Source of the DNA: Eledone cirrhosa | Lineage: Eukaryota | NCBI GenBank assembly: GCA_964016885.1 | Contig: OZ024741.1 | Coordinates: 324,446,001 to 324,510,000 of the forward strand | Length of the DNA stretch: 64,000 nucleotides | Direction: 5' to 3' | Shown here: positions 1 to 13,061 of the stretch, piece by piece | How positions within the stretch are numbered: the first letter of the stretch is position 1 | Layout of the letters: each line of letters opens with the position of its first letter | Program-made: the position numbers and the translations under genes | The notes under the pieces: generated by a model | What the model was told of the DNA's origin: nothing | The model's database searches: none | Seen by the model: the letters and a program-made list of their open reading frames with translations, nothing else

Positions 1-56
1 TATATAAATATATATCAGGCAATAAGATGGTTCAATAACATTAGGGACAAAAACAA

Positions 57-1592
57 TCTTCTTTTATTCAATTCGATATAGATGAATACTATTCCTCTAT
101 TTCACCCGAAACCCTGCATAAGGCCCTCTCTTTCGCTAAGACTAACTCGGACATCACAAACGAGGAAATTAATATTATACTTGAAGCTAGACGCACAGTA
201 GTGCACTTTGAAAATAGTTATTGGGTCCGCAGGGATAGACCCTCGGAATTCGACATTACGATGGCTTCTAATGATTCGGCGGAGGTCACGGATTTGGTTG
301 GGATCTATATAGCCCATAGACTCCAGAGCGAATTTACGGACCTCCACGGCGGAATATACCGCGACGATACACTTCTATTAGTCAAGAATATGAACAAACA
401 AAACCTAGAAAGGCGACGTAAAAACATTAGGAAACTTTTCTTAGAACTAGGGCTTAATATTACCTTTGAACACAATCTTAAGGTGGTCAACTTCTTGGAT
501 GTTACCTTCAACCTTAATAACGGTAATATAGAGCCATTTCACAAACTTAATGAAAATCTTAAGTACGTTAATGTAAAATCGAACCATCCTCATTCCATTA
601 TTAAATCTATCCCTAAAAATATATCCATAAGGATCTCCCGACTGTCGTCTAATTTGCAGACCTTCAACGAGCATGCTGAATATTATAATGACGCACTTAG
701 AAAAGCTGGTTACTGCGAGAAAATTGAATATCTAGACGATAACCACATAAGTACTATGAATAAAACACTTCTAAGTCGAACTAGTATTGCACCACACACA
801 CACATCAATAGGCATACTAACAGGTGCAAACCAGCAAATAGAGTCAGACGTAGAGAGTACATATGGTATAACCCCGTGTACAATTCTTCTATTAGCACTA
901 AGATTATCTCACAATTCTATACACTAATCAATAAACACTTTACAACTTCACATAAATACTATAAAATCTTTAACTCGCGCACCATTAGACTCTCATACTC
1001 CACTGCACCTAACATAGAACAACTAATTAGAAAACTCAACTCAGCAATACTGAATAAGTACATCCCTAATGACTCAGCGCACCAGCATAGCAACATGCAA
1101 CGCACTAACACGCAACCACAACCCCACCAAACTATCCAGGATTCTACTGCAAAACATAAAAATAGTTGTAACTGCACCAAACCAGGTACGTGCCCACTGA
1201 ATAACCAGTGCCTAGCACGCAATATTGTCTACCGGTGTACAATAAATTCCGGGACCAACAAATGGTATTACGTCGGATGTACCGCAACTTCTTTCAAGGC
1301 TCGCCTATACCAACATCGATCTTCGATCAGGCACGAGAAAATGCGCTCCGTAACAACCCTCGCCGATAAAGCCTGGCAGCTTCGGAGGAACAATCAAGTG
1401 TTCTCCCTTGATTGGCAAATTATTGCAGCTGCGCCTGCATATCAGCAAAATCATCGATTCTGCAAGTTATGCAATTTAGAGATATACTGCATTTTAACGT
1501 CGGTAAACAAACTTTTGAACAGCAAAATTGAACGTTCTCTATACTGTAACCATCGTTTGAAAACGACTTTTTCTTTTTTTAAATGCATATAA
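57..1592 (+). CDS. PLE reverse transcriptase + C-terminal GIY-YIG endonuclease (N-truncated, frameshift near 57)
   Basis: The frame extends upstream of ORF 201 to FIQFDIDEYYSSIS (RT motif A). Motifs: FDITMASNDSAEVTDLVG, YRDD, VNFLDVTF, linker CNCTKPGTCPLNNQC, IVYRCTI..YYVGCT..FKARLYQH (GIY-YIG), CKLCNLE. Confidence 0.9.
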   Translation, partial: SSFIQFDIDEYYSSISPETLHKALSFAKTNSDITNEEINIILEARRTVVHFENSYWVRRDRPSEFDITMASNDSAEVTDLVGIYIAHRLQSEFTDLHGGIYRDDTLLLVKNMNKQNLERRRKNIRKLFLELGLNITFEHNLKVVNFLDVTFNLNNGNIEPFHKLNENLKYVNVKSNHPHSIIKSIPKNISIRISRLSSNLQTFNEHAEYYNDALRKAGYCEKIEYLDDNHISTMNKTLLSRTSIAPHTHINRHTNRCKPANRVRRREYIWYNPVYNSSISTKIISQFYTLINKHFTTSHKYYKIFNSRTIRLSYSTAPNIEQLIRKLNSAILNKYIPNDSAHQHSNMQRTNTQPQPHQTIQDSTAKHKNSCNCTKPGTCPLNNQCLARNIVYRCTINSGTNKWYYVGCTATSFKARLYQHRSSIRHEKMRSVTTLADKAWQLRRNNQVFSLDWQIIAAAPAYQQNHRFCKLCNLEIYCILTSVNKLLNSKIERSLYCNHRLKTTFSFFKCI

Positions 1593-2002
1593 TGTTACCT
1601 TTTTACACCAACGTTTGCAAATTTCTGTCTTATATGTTTATACACTAGATATGGCTTTCTATAATAATAGTACTAAACACTGTTTTTCTGGACCCCTTTA
1701 GAAATAACCTGCTACTATAATAGCCCTAATAACTTGTCTGTGACATTGTACCACTTTGACCCCTCTAACTAAATTTTGTCCGAACAACACCACTAGAAGT
1801 ATCTACTTCCCAGCCAACCTTAGCACGCCTCATTAAGCTAACTGCTGCCAAAACATTCTCTCTTCACAATCTCTACTAGTCTGACAGTCTTAAACCCTAA
1901 GACTCCCTCCACCTTACTCACTTCCCTCTTCCCCTTCTCTTCCTACCTCCTTCTTTATCTTTTATCTAGTGTATAAAATATTTTCATATCATTCCAATAC
2001 AA

Positions 2003-2119
2003 AGGTCTGATGACATGGTGTGTTGGCTTACAGTGTACTTTCGGTTTTTGATAATATTTGTGTATTATTCAAATAGCGAGGTATAGGTAACTCATACACT
2101 ATAGAAACAATTGTTACCT
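2003..2119 (+). ncRNA. Type I hammerhead ribozyme motif with long stem II insertion
   Basis: AGGT-CTGATGA-(ATGGTGTG...TACACTAT)-GAAA-CAATTG-TT-ACCT. Stem I is AGGT/ACCT and stem III is palindromic. Confidence 0.7.
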
Positions 2120-2340
2120 AATAAATTCTATATACCCGCATTTCCATTTCGTAAATTTTTTCTCTATAAATATATGTATATATATATATATATATAAATA
2201 TATATTTATGTATATATACATATATTTATATATATATGTTTATGTATATATATATATATGTATGTATATATATATATATTATATGTATATATATGTTTAT
2301 GTATTTATATATATTTATGTATATCTATATTTATGTATGT

Positions 2341-2376
<36 letters not shown>

Positions 2377-2612
2377 ACATACATAAATATATATATACAT
2401 AAATATATATAAATACATAAACATATATATATGTGTGTGTGTGTGTGTATATAATTAGGAGACGAAGCAAGTCGAATAGAATGGACATAGCTTCGGCTGT
2501 TTCCCCACTCACTCAATTGAAAACTAAGTTCAAATTATTAAAATTCGAACCCAGCTGACCAGTGTGCATACTTTCATTAATCAGTGAGGATGACGACTTC
2601 GGGTGGGTAAAA

Positions 2613-2695
<83 letters not shown>

Positions 2696-2699
<4 letters not shown>

Positions 2700-3207
2700 A
2701 TATTAATAAATGGAAACTATATTTATAAAACCATATTTATTTCATTATACATATTTCAAGGACACCAAAGCAAATTATGGTGCGCTTTCATCAGATAAAT
2801 TATATAGATCAGTTTTATAACTTTCTCTTTCTCTTTCTTCTTTTGTTTTTTCCTATTCCTTTTCCTTTTCTTTTCTTTTGTTTTTCTTCTTTGGGTTTGC
2901 TCTTTCCTTTTCTTTTTTCTTTTTTTTTGCCCATTCCAACGGCTTAATTTAAATGTATGGGATTTAAACCTCTCCGAAACTAATTTGCATAATAGACCAA
3001 TAATAAAATTAGTAACCCCACTATCCGGGAGCTTCCAACAGACATGGTCGCATTCTTTTAAGGGTATGTCAATATTTGTTTATAAAACTGATCTATATTA
3101 TATTTTATCTGATGAAAGCGCACCATAATTTGCTTTGGTGTCCTTGAAATATGTATAATGAAATAAATATGGTTTTATAAATATCGTTTCCATTTATTAA
3201 TATATTG
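2696..3207. mobile_element. Non-coding PLE derivative with ~125-bp inverted terminal repeats (2696-2820 / 3080-3207)
   Basis: Near-perfect inverted repeat, each arm containing a hammerhead motif. Flanked by (TA)n. Confidence 0.75.
3104..3162 (+). ncRNA. Minimal type I hammerhead ribozyme (mirror copy 2741-2799 on -)
   Basis: TTTAT-CTGATGA-AAGCGCACCA..TGGTGTCCTT-GAAA-TATGTA-TA-ATGAA. Confidence 0.8.
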
Positions 3208-3294
3208 CATTTTTACTCCAAAAATTTGTTGAGTGCTTTATATTAGTTATAAAAATATTTGCTTGTTGTATCCCAACAAATTAAATATAACTTC

Positions 3295-3660
<366 letters not shown>

Positions 3661-3698
3661 CTATATATATATATATATATATATATGTAGGAGGTGAG

Positions 3699-3765
3699 TT
3701 TTATCTGATGAAAACACAAATATTATTGCATGATGATGTTTGTTTTTGAAATGCGCATAATAAAA
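3699..3765 (+). ncRNA. Minimal type I hammerhead ribozyme
   Basis: TTTTAT-CTGATGA-AAACACAAATATTAT..ATGATGTTTGTTTTT-GAAA-TGCGCA-TA-ATAAAA. Confidence 0.8.
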
Positions 3766-3797
3766 TATATGGAACTCCTTTAACCATCTTTTGATCT

Positions 3798-3859
<62 letters not shown>

Positions 3860-3861
<2 letters not shown>

Positions 3862-4267
3862 TAAATAAATTTAGTTAAATTAAATTAAAGGAGTCATGTC
3901 CGAGACATGCGCCATATCCACTGTAGAATAAGCTCAAAGATTCCACTAAATAGATCCGAGAATTTTATATCAACTAGAAATTGATTGACATATATATATA
4001 TATTTAACATAAAGACATGAAAGAATCACAGGGGATAATTTGTAAAGTGTGTAATCACACACAACTAGGTAGGTAACTAATTAAAGTTTAACTAGATCTT
4101 CAAATATTACCTTTTAAAAACTGATTAATGCTCCTTGTATATATTTCAATAAAGAAATATATTTCACTAAAAATCCGTAAAGTCACAGTAGTTAAATCTT
4201 AGATCTTAGCTGTGTGTGATTACACACTTTATAAATTATCCCCTGTGATTGTTTCATGTGTTTATTT
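3860..4267. mobile_element. Non-coding repeat with terminal inverted duplication; same family as 59322-60311
   Basis: Shares CATGCGCCATATC, CAACTAGAAATTGATT, AATCACAGGGGATAAT and AAAGAAATATATTTCAC with 59.3-60.3 kb. 4205-4267 is an inverted copy of ~4005-4070. Sits in (TA)n. Confidence 0.65.
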
Positions 4268-4334
4268 TATATATATATATATGAAAAGAGTCAGGACCCT
4301 GACGGCTGAGCTCCGGTCGTTTCGACAGCAGTGT

Positions 4335-4452
<118 letters not shown>

Positions 4453-4742
4453 TTAGAAACACACAGATACATGCGGACACACACATATACATGAATGCAT
4501 CCACATCCAACCGTGAGTTAATGGTGCCAACCTTACCGATGTTGCTCAATGAATGACTGGGACAGACCAATCCGGTTGAACCAGACTGAACCAGTATCAG
4601 AGTTAAAAAATGTATTGTTTTTGTTAAAAAATGTATTGTTTTTGTTTATGCCACGAAACTACGTAGTCGAGGAATCTAGGAGCAGTTTAGGTATGATACA
4701 TTTTATTACTAATTATATCTAAATGTTCCTTCTCTCTTCATA

Positions 4743-4840
<98 letters not shown>

Positions 4841-5749
4841 AAATTAGGAAAATTAACAAAGAGAAAACGACGAACGGAAATAAAGCAGAACGAAATACAT
4901 GTTTCAAGAAGAACTTAATTTAAAAAAAGTAAAATAAAAAGACCAACGAAAGACAGAACTCCAGGTTCTCCAGCCATCAAGATGAACTTTCAGAGTTTTG
5001 CCCTTACCGATTGTACTGCTGATTCACCCGGTGTCACATTATCTGACACAAGCCTTAGGGCTGTTCGTATAGTGAAAGTCAGGACAAAATAATAAGCCAT
5101 AATAGATTCACATAGAATTTTATCTGACGACAATGAGAAAGTATTGTCATTTTATAGCAACGATAATACCATGAGACTGAAGACAAGGACGTAAAGAAAA
5201 AGAAAGAAAAATAAAAAGTAAAGCAAGAAGAAGGAAGTTAAATATCGTGTTAAAAAATGTAATCCATTGAAATGATAGGAGGGAGGAGAAAGAACACGTT
5301 CGTCACAGATTAATATTAATAAAATTAACAAAATTAACAAAGAGAAAACAACAAATGAAAATAAGGTAGAACAAAAGTAATCATTTTGAAGGGGACACTT
5401 ATATATATATACACATGTGCGTATGTGTAGGCGCACGACCGAAATCTTTGTTGTTCAAGTCTCGGCCTAGATGGTGTTTTTGAGCAAGAAACTTTATTTT
5501 ATGTTTTTTCAGTCCAATCAGCTTGTAAAAAATCAGCTGGCGTATCACTGGTGCCAAACGATATCGCTCTTTGCCTTCCCTTGGACAAATATAATCTATA
5601 TAGTGAAAATTGAATTAGAAGATTATGGCGAAATCTCCTAATTGAATTTTCAAACCTGATCGCCGTTTTCAAGACATACGTGGTTTTTTCAATAAAAATA
5701 ATAAATATATATTATAACTACTACACACATACTCACACACACACACAGA

Positions 5750-5924
<175 letters not shown>

Positions 5925-5966
5925 TTAAATTACAGAATAATCAAAACTATGTTCAAAACATTTTAT

Positions 5967-6013
5967 TGCTAACAATCGTTTCTTCCAAAGTTTCGTTTGG
6001 AATCATCGGAGCA
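5967..6013 (-). ncRNA. Hammerhead motif with CCGAUGA core variant
   Basis: Minus strand: TGCT-CCGATGA-TTCCAAA..TTTGGAA-GAAA-CGATTG-TT-AGCA, followed by ATAAAA. Confidence 0.65.
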
Positions 6014-6869
6014 CTAGCAAAGTTTAGACATATAATTAACTTCCTATTCGACAGAACAATCATATAGATACATAGATATTAATGTTGTCATCAATAGTTT
6101 TGTATTTACAGAGTGGAGATGTTGAGGACAGTGTCAGTGGATGTGACAAAGATTACAAAAGAATAGTATAACAATTAAAGAGGCTTTAAGGCAAAAGGTT
6201 ACTCGCAAAACGAGGACATTAGCAGTACATATGCAAGCGTATAGAGAGTGCAAATGTGTTAGGCATGTACAGAATAGTTAGGTAGGAAACAAGCAATGGT
6301 ACTTGGCATATATATTACAGTATGGCAAAGGTATCATAATATAACACAGGTTTACAAGCATATTAAGCAGACAAAGACGTTTGTGTATTAAAAGTAGTTT
6401 CTATGAAGTTTATGGTGGATGTAGTGTGATAATTGTTCCTGTAATGTTCAAATGTGCATGTGTTGAGATTATTAATATTAATGTTTTCATTTCCATTACA
6501 TTGGTTAAATTTCTGTGAATGTGTATAAGTAGTTACAACTATGGATTGTATATTGGTCCTATTACCCTCATATCCAGAGTTCGAGTTGTTCTAGTGATAT
6601 TCGTCTAACGGTTTTATTTTCAGGAAGTGAGTTAGAGATCTATATTAAGGGGAGCTAATGTGAAAGAGGAGGTAATTAGCGATTAAGTTGTATATAATAG
6701 AAAAAATTGTATAGTTGTTTACAGCTCCAATTAGTTAAATTCCTTGTGCTAATATACAATATATTATGTTATAAGTGACTCCTTTTATATAATGCTATTT
6801 ATTTATATATTTAATTTTAAATACAATCTATTTTCCTATAATACATTAAAGATCTCATTATATTACTAT

Positions 6870-7044
6870 GAATTGGCAGTATTGGTAGAGGGTCAGACAT
6901 GCTTTCTAGCGTAGTTACGACCCTTTACGATCTGAGTTCAAATCCCGCCGAGGTTAACTTTGCCTTTCATCCTTACAGGGTCGATAAAATAAAGTACCAG
7001 TAATACACTGGGTAATTGCTGGCCTTGTGCCAAAAGTAGAAACA
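6870..7044 (+). mobile_element. tRNA-like SINE inserted in the PLE, with a 13-bp TSD
   Basis: B-box-like GAGTTCAAATCCC, body GCCTTTCATCC..GTCGATAAAATAAAGTACCAG, tail GGCCTTGTGCCAAAAGTAGAAAC. TSD ATTATATTACTAT at 6857-6869 and 7045-7057. Confidence 0.85.
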
Positions 7045-9374
7045 ATTATATTACTATCTACCCATTACTGAATAAAATATAAGTAAACTATAGTAGTTAT
7101 ATTAAATGATGGTAACTTTATGTTTATTCTTAATACTTATTGTTTAGTATAAGATTTAAGAAAAATAGGAGGTAAGTAGAAGAATGAGCTGATCATAGAG
7201 TGTGATGTTGTAGGGGTAATTATATGCTGATAAAACCTAGAGGTGAAGTGTTAATGGTGGTGAGGAATCCAGATCTGACATTGTTATATACTAGCATCTA
7301 GTTTTAAAGTTGTGTAAAGAGTGTCTGTGGTAGTGTTGGGACATGGAAAAAATTTCTGATTTTCTATTTAAGAGGTTTAGCTTAGAATAGATTATAATGC
7401 GGGTCTCTAGTAGAGAGAGGTTACATAATTTATTCGGTGGTTTATACGATGCGGCCTAATCTATTACTTCCCATTGAAGAGTGTATGGTCTATTTTTAGT
7501 TTTCAGAGAGTGTATGTAGTTAGATAAAGAAGTGGAGTTGGCAAGATTGCGATTTTTTAAAGTGTGGAGAAGCAAGTTATATTTCGTCTTGAAGCAGTTC
7601 GAAGTAGAAGCGATATATGTTTTTGAAGAGTTGTTTGTATTGACTGTGATGAGTAAATGATGTCTTTGATTAAGCAATTTTTACCTAAGGGGCAAGTTCT
7701 ATTTGTTCTACAGCTACAGTTATTCTGGTTGTTTGCTTTCCGGTTAATATGTTGTGTAGATGCATGGTTGTTAGGGATAGCATTAGGGTAATGAGGATTA
7801 GCATTCTCATTGTTATTAATTTCATTATTGCTATTACTTATATTGCTACTAGAATTCTCTAGTATTATGTTGCTAAGTAAGTTTACCCCCTGTTGTGATT
7901 TAATTAGTTGGAAATAATTATTAATCTTCCTTTTATTACTACTAGCTATATGGTACGCGAAGTTAGGTGTGGTAGAGTGAGAGATTTTAATGGTATTTTT
8001 ATTGATAAGATTATGGTATTTGTGGCCGACTGGGAAGTTCTTACTAGGATTGAGAAGAAAGCCTTAGGCAAGTTGGTAGAGGCGTTTAGATTGAAAGGGG
8101 GATTGAAAATGCATTAGTTCTTCTATTTTTGTTTTTTGTAATGTTATTTGAGGTATTATCATTGTGCTGTTTATTCATTGTGCTGCTTATTCTGGTGTGA
8201 GTTAAGTTTGATATTACCCTTCATACTAGAGTTATAGTGGCTAGTACTTTTATTATTTTTCCACATGGCCATATTGTGAGAAATAATGTTGTAACTAGGT
8301 GATTTTATAGGTAAAAACATAATTTCATTTTTATGGCCTGATTTAGCTAAGGTCTCATTATAGTATTGGGAATTACTGTTAAATATGGTTTCCTTCTATT
8401 TGATATTCCTTTAGTAATTGAGTCTAATATGGATTTAGTGTGGTTAGAGTTGGTATCTACGTAAAGTAGTTTTTTGTTTGGTTTATGAAAGGGTGTATAT
8501 ATTTTAGAGTCCAGGCAAAGGGTAGCATCAAGGAAGTTAACGTTTTTAGTGTTTTTATCTAAGGTAATACCTAAGTTGAAGCTTTTGAAAATGTTATGTA
8601 ATTGTTTCTTAGTTCTTTCTATATTAAATGTTTTATAGTGAATAAGAAGTAGTACATCATCGCGGTATAAACCACCATTGAGGTAGGGTATATTCCTATG
8701 AATTTCATTTAAGAGATATAGACCCATCAAATCAGTGACCTGCACCGAGTCACTAGATCCCATACTTATGTCAAAGTTGTTAGGTGTATCCTTGCGGGTC
8801 CATAATTGATCTTCAAATGCAATTATGGTTTTACGGGCCGCAAAGATGACATCAATTTAGGATCTAGTAAGGTCACTATTGTTAATAGCCATAATTAATG
8901 CCTTATTTAACAGGATAGGAGAGATAGAGGTGTACTATGAATTAATATCAAATTGTATACATTTTATATTTTTATTCTCTTTAATATCATTGAACCATTC
9001 AATAACTTCACCAGTATTTCCCCACGGGTTAAGATATATTTTATGCTTAAATTGGGGGATGATTCTATCTAATATTTTTTTGCTGATAATTTCAATGTCA
9101 GATTTGGAAGGGCAAATTAGTCTTATAGAAGGGTTACTATTAAATTCTTCCTCGTGGTCTTTCAGAGAGAATCTTGGAGGGTTAGGGGTGTATGGCTGTG
9201 TATGTCTCTGAAGTCCTAATTTACCTACTATACTATGGCCGTCTATATTTATATCTTCTAGGTTTTTAATAGTGCTTGTTTCCTACCTAACTATTCTGCC
9301 ATGTGCGTTATTTTATATACGGATACCATTCAGTCGTCTGTGATACTTAGAAGTGAAGGGTTTACTAATTTCCA

Positions 9375-9453
9375 CAACCACTGAAGAGCAATAGAAATGG
9401 TAATTCCCTATCACAAATATTGCGAAACAGCATTACCAAAAGGTGTCTAGGTG
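9375..9453 (+). ncRNA. Hammerhead ribozyme motif with predicted loop II-loop III pseudoknot
   Basis: CTGAAGA-GCAATA..TATTGC-GAAA-CA..TG-TC. Loop II TGGTAAT is complementary to loop III ATTACCA. Stem I is imperfect. Confidence 0.65.
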
Positions 9454-9702
9454 CTTGACAGTTGTCGCAATTTCGGTGTGTATTTCTTTTCATAATTTAA
9501 AGTCTGGCAAACCCTATTGTTCATAGTTAGTATTTTTTCCCTCTAGCGAATCTAGTCCCTTACGATTTGAACACATATATGTATATATCTGTGTTTTTCT
9601 CTCTTTTATATTCAATTATATTATACCACCCGAAAAGATTTCTTTCCTTGAGCTATTTAATTGTAAGAGACTATTTTGAGTTTCTAACTCAATATATACC
9701 TT

Positions 9703-9811
<109 letters not shown>

Positions 9812-9879
9812 CAGTTTGTCTACTTGTCTACACTTGGTTGTTTCTTGTATTTCCTTTGTCTACTCTCTGCGATGACCTT

Positions 9880-9903
9880 ACCACCACCACACCACCACCA
9901 CCT

Positions 9904-9949
<46 letters not shown>

Positions 9950-10520
9950 AACCGCTTAACATTGGTCGTCACTTTTGACCTCTGCGTTCAACGGTCAAGG
10001 ATATGCAAATATTTTCATGTCATTCAGAAATGTATTACTTTCGAATATCTTTTACTTTTCCAGTTAACACGAACGATCTCTATCAAAATCACTATCACCA
10101 CCACAACTACAACGACTACCACCATCGTGACAAACACTATTACCATTACCACCACTATAACCACCAAACAACCAATATAAACACCAACAAAGTCACTATC
10201 ACAAGGATAAACGTCACCACAACCTCTATGACCACTACCACCAACACAACCACTATCAACACTACACCCTTTATAATTACTTCTACAACAACCACAACCA
10301 CTATCCCCACCACAACCACCATCGCAACCACTATCACCACCACAAATTCCTCAAGAACTGTCACCACCACAAGATCCATCATAACCACTTTCAACACCAC
10401 AATCACTATGAACACCACAAACACCACTAACACTATCACTACCTCAACCATCATAAACTCTCAGACAACTATCACAAATAAATTCATCAAGTACAACAAT
10501 AACAACAACTACAATTACTA
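9880..10520. repeat. Degenerate (ACC/ACT/AAC)n trinucleotide low-complexity tract
   Basis: Visible repeats; produces spurious Thr-rich ORFs. Confidence 0.85.
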
Positions 10521-10945
10521 CTACAGGAACCCCATTTCAGGTGCTTGTATTCGCGATCGTATTCTTTCTGTCATTACACATGTTTCGTGACTATAGGTAA
10601 GAGTTGACACGAATACTGAATTGAAGATAACAAGTTTGGCTTTTACACCTACCTCCCTTCTTCTGATTACGCAATGAAGAAGCTGGCGCATTACTGTACC
10701 AGCTCTTGTATTTCTTGCACTCAATTCAATCTCCTGCTTTCCACTACTCGTAAACACATCGCCGAGTTACTTGAACTTCTCCACCTGCTTCAGTGGGATT
10801 CCATTCATATGTAGAATACATTGCGTAGCCCTCCATAAGAGGACGAGTATCTCAGTTTTCGCAGCACCGATTTTCATTCCAACCAAGCAGTACTCGGCAT
10901 CAAACCTATCGATTGTAAGTGGGAGATCACCTTCTGTCGAGCCAA
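10521..10945 (-). mobile_element. RTE-clade LINE RT C-terminal fragment
   Basis: GMKIGAAKTEIL..LKQVEKFK*LG..KLVIFNSVFVSTLTYSHETCVMTERIRSRIQAPEMGFL. Confidence 0.75.
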
Positions 10946-10982
10946 TATTTATTGTTATAATTTTATTGTAATTGTTCCAATT

Positions 10983-11325
10983 GCAATAACAACAATGGAG
11001 CTAAAGGTGAGCGAGGCACTGCTCCAGGAGCAGATACAAACTATGCAGTATGGAAATGCTTCAACAGACTAAGATCTGGTGTTGGACGTGCAAAAGTCAA
11101 TCTAGCAAAATGGGAATATTTAAAGGATGAGGACGTTGTGCGTGACTGCGGCCTCGAACCACAGACTACGCAGCACTTCCTGATATGCCCCTTGCTAGAA
11201 CACCCCTGCACAGCATTGGGCGTGGCAGAGTTTAATGAGAAAGGACAGCAATGTGTTCAGCTGTGGCGGAACCACATCTAGCCAAGCTTTATAGCTGACA
11301 CTCTTGTGGGCACGTTAAAAAGAAG
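10983..11325 (+). mobile_element. 5'-truncated Ingi/Vingi-like LINE 3' end with a 13-bp TSD
   Basis: WKCFNRLRSGVGRAKVNLAKW..DCG.EPQTTQHFLICP. TSD AATTGTTCCAATT at 10970-10982 and 11326-11338. Confidence 0.7.
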
Positions 11326-11369
11326 AATTGTTCCAATTACAATAAAAATTATAACAATAAAAATTCCGT

Positions 11370-13006
11370 TCTAGAATTAGTATCACCCAAAGTTAACGTA
11401 GAAACCTCACACATACTCAACTACCCTATTTTCCAAAAGAACTTTAGGAAGGTGTCCCTTTCCTCTCCATATTTTCCAGCCTACAGGGTCATGGTCAAAG
11501 TAGACCAATCCACTAGTGTCATTCACGCTGCATTCATCCACCTTGTAAGAAATGAACAGTCGGGGGCAGCACTTCCCTGGCTTATCTCAATGTCCTTTCC
11601 AAGCGGAATTTATATATACAATATTTGATGACATCGGCATATGTCGACGCAGCCCTTCCACGTCAAGGTTCGAGCGGGATGTACTACAACAGCTTCAGCT
11701 TCCGCAGTAGTAGGTCGAGAGACAGTACGTATAGAAGGGTGGACAGAGCACAACTTTGAGGGGTGGAGCGCGTGATTTGGAACGGTTCCGATAGGTGGCT
11801 ATTTACTATGACCACCGAGGTGATGCAGTTGTGCATTCCAGCCTCTGGAGACAGGTCCGATGCTAGCTAACTTGAGGGAAAACTCCATATATCAATGGTC
11901 CACCCTATAGGAAGATTTCGATTGATCCAAATTGATAAGAGCCCCGCCGAAGCTAAGTTTACTGTCTACACTTTCTATGATGTAACGCACGAAGTGGAAG
12001 TTGTCGTGTTTGGATCTGGTCGCGATTGCGCAAGTTTGCGTCTCTACCACCCGACTCCTGACGTCAAGCGCCAACCTCGTTGCTAGCACATTGTCCAAAA
12101 TCTTAAACTCTGTGTTTAGCAGAGTTATGGGCCGGAAATTATTCATAACATCCCCCTTCTTCTTACCTTTCCTCATTAGCGTTACTACGCCCCCGACTTG
12201 TAGAACTGGCAATACTCACATTCTGCTGCCAGTTACAGTAGACGACTTCGAGGAGATTGGAGATCAAATCTGGCATACGTAAAGCTCGTAGAGTAGATTA
12301 CCCAAAGAGTTATTTGCGCCTCGTAGAGCCGAACATGGCTTCCTATATCTCGGCTGCTATTATTGGCTTCCCGTAGCAATCTGCATCAGTTTCCGAGTAT
12401 CGCAGCAGGCTGTCGATATAGGAAGTGTAGCCTACTAGCGCATCCAATCCCACAGCATGCCTCAAACAGTCATGCAAATTCCTACTGAAAAGCTGCATAC
12501 ATCTGTCTAGAATTGAGCAGCACCAGCCCGTCACGGTTCATCCAAAACCGAATTGCGGCTTCGTTCCCACTCACCACTGCCACTTGGGCCCATCGAACCG
12601 CTTTCGTTCCATCGTTCCATCGCTGAAATTTATAAGTTCTCATAAGCTGCACGTTTTCTAAAAATGGTGAAGAGAAAGAACAACTATATCGTAAATAGTA
12701 TAACCGCCCTTTCTGTTAAAATTAACTCCACAAGATTTGATAGCTCTCCTATCGATTTCAAATTAAGAGGCGGCATCAATCTATTTATTGACTGGTGTTG
12801 CTGACCCAGTCAAGACAAGCAGTAAGTATCAAGAAACAAACCCACAATAAACATAAAACGGTAAAGAAAATCACCAACATGAATTGACGCAATGACTGCT
12901 ACAACACCACCACCTCTCCGTAATCTACCTTAGAAGCATTTGAATAAGCACCAATTTCAAACAACAAAATCTTCAACCCCCAACTCCACTGCCTTAGTGG
13001 CAGCCA

Positions 13007-13007
<1 letters not shown>
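11370..13007 (-). mobile_element. Degenerate, internally deleted Tx1-like element
   Basis: NFRPITLLNTEFKIL..LINLDQSK, a YADD-like segment near 11635 and C-terminal similarity to the 19.4-25.5 kb element. Assigning 12620-13007 as its 5' part is inferred from the adjoining (AAT)n. Confidence 0.7.

Positions 13008-13060
<53 letters not shown>

Positions 13061-13061
<1 letters not shown>

Larger units (their letters stand above)
16..2165 (+). mobile_element. 5'-truncated Penelope-like element (PLE) with 3' UTR/pLTR
   Basis: RT and GIY-YIG coding region, then a 3' UTR carrying a hammerhead motif and AATAAA (2120-2125). TA-rich sequence lies on both sides. Confidence 0.9.
5925..9302 (-). mobile_element. 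Degenerate Penelope-like element (RT ~8340-9230, GIY-YIG ~7300-7740, long 3' UTR)
   Basis: Minus-strand motifs LKDHEEEFNSNPSIRLICPSKSDI, MGSSDSVQVTDLMGLY, YRDD, VNFLDATL, CSCRTNRTCPLGKNC, TYIASTSNCFKTKY, with stops and frameshifts. 9272-9302 is an inverted copy of ~6264-6296. Confidence 0.85.

Noticed and set aside
2450-2615. Possible minus-strand hammerhead (long stem, GAAACA..TGTC)
   Set aside because: No CUGANGA core and no stem I.
6870-7044. tRNA gene (B-box GTTCAAATCCC)
   Set aside because: No cloverleaf; multi-copy with tail and TSD, so it is a SINE head.
10003-10590. Thr-rich mucin-like 195-aa ORF
   Set aside because: Degenerate ACC/ACT repeat running into an RTE fragment; no gene structure.
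12940-13060. Hydrophobic poly-Ile 'signal or transmembrane' N-terminus on the RT ORF
   Set aside because: It is the (AAT)n target repeat. The true N-terminus is seen in the copy at 26872.
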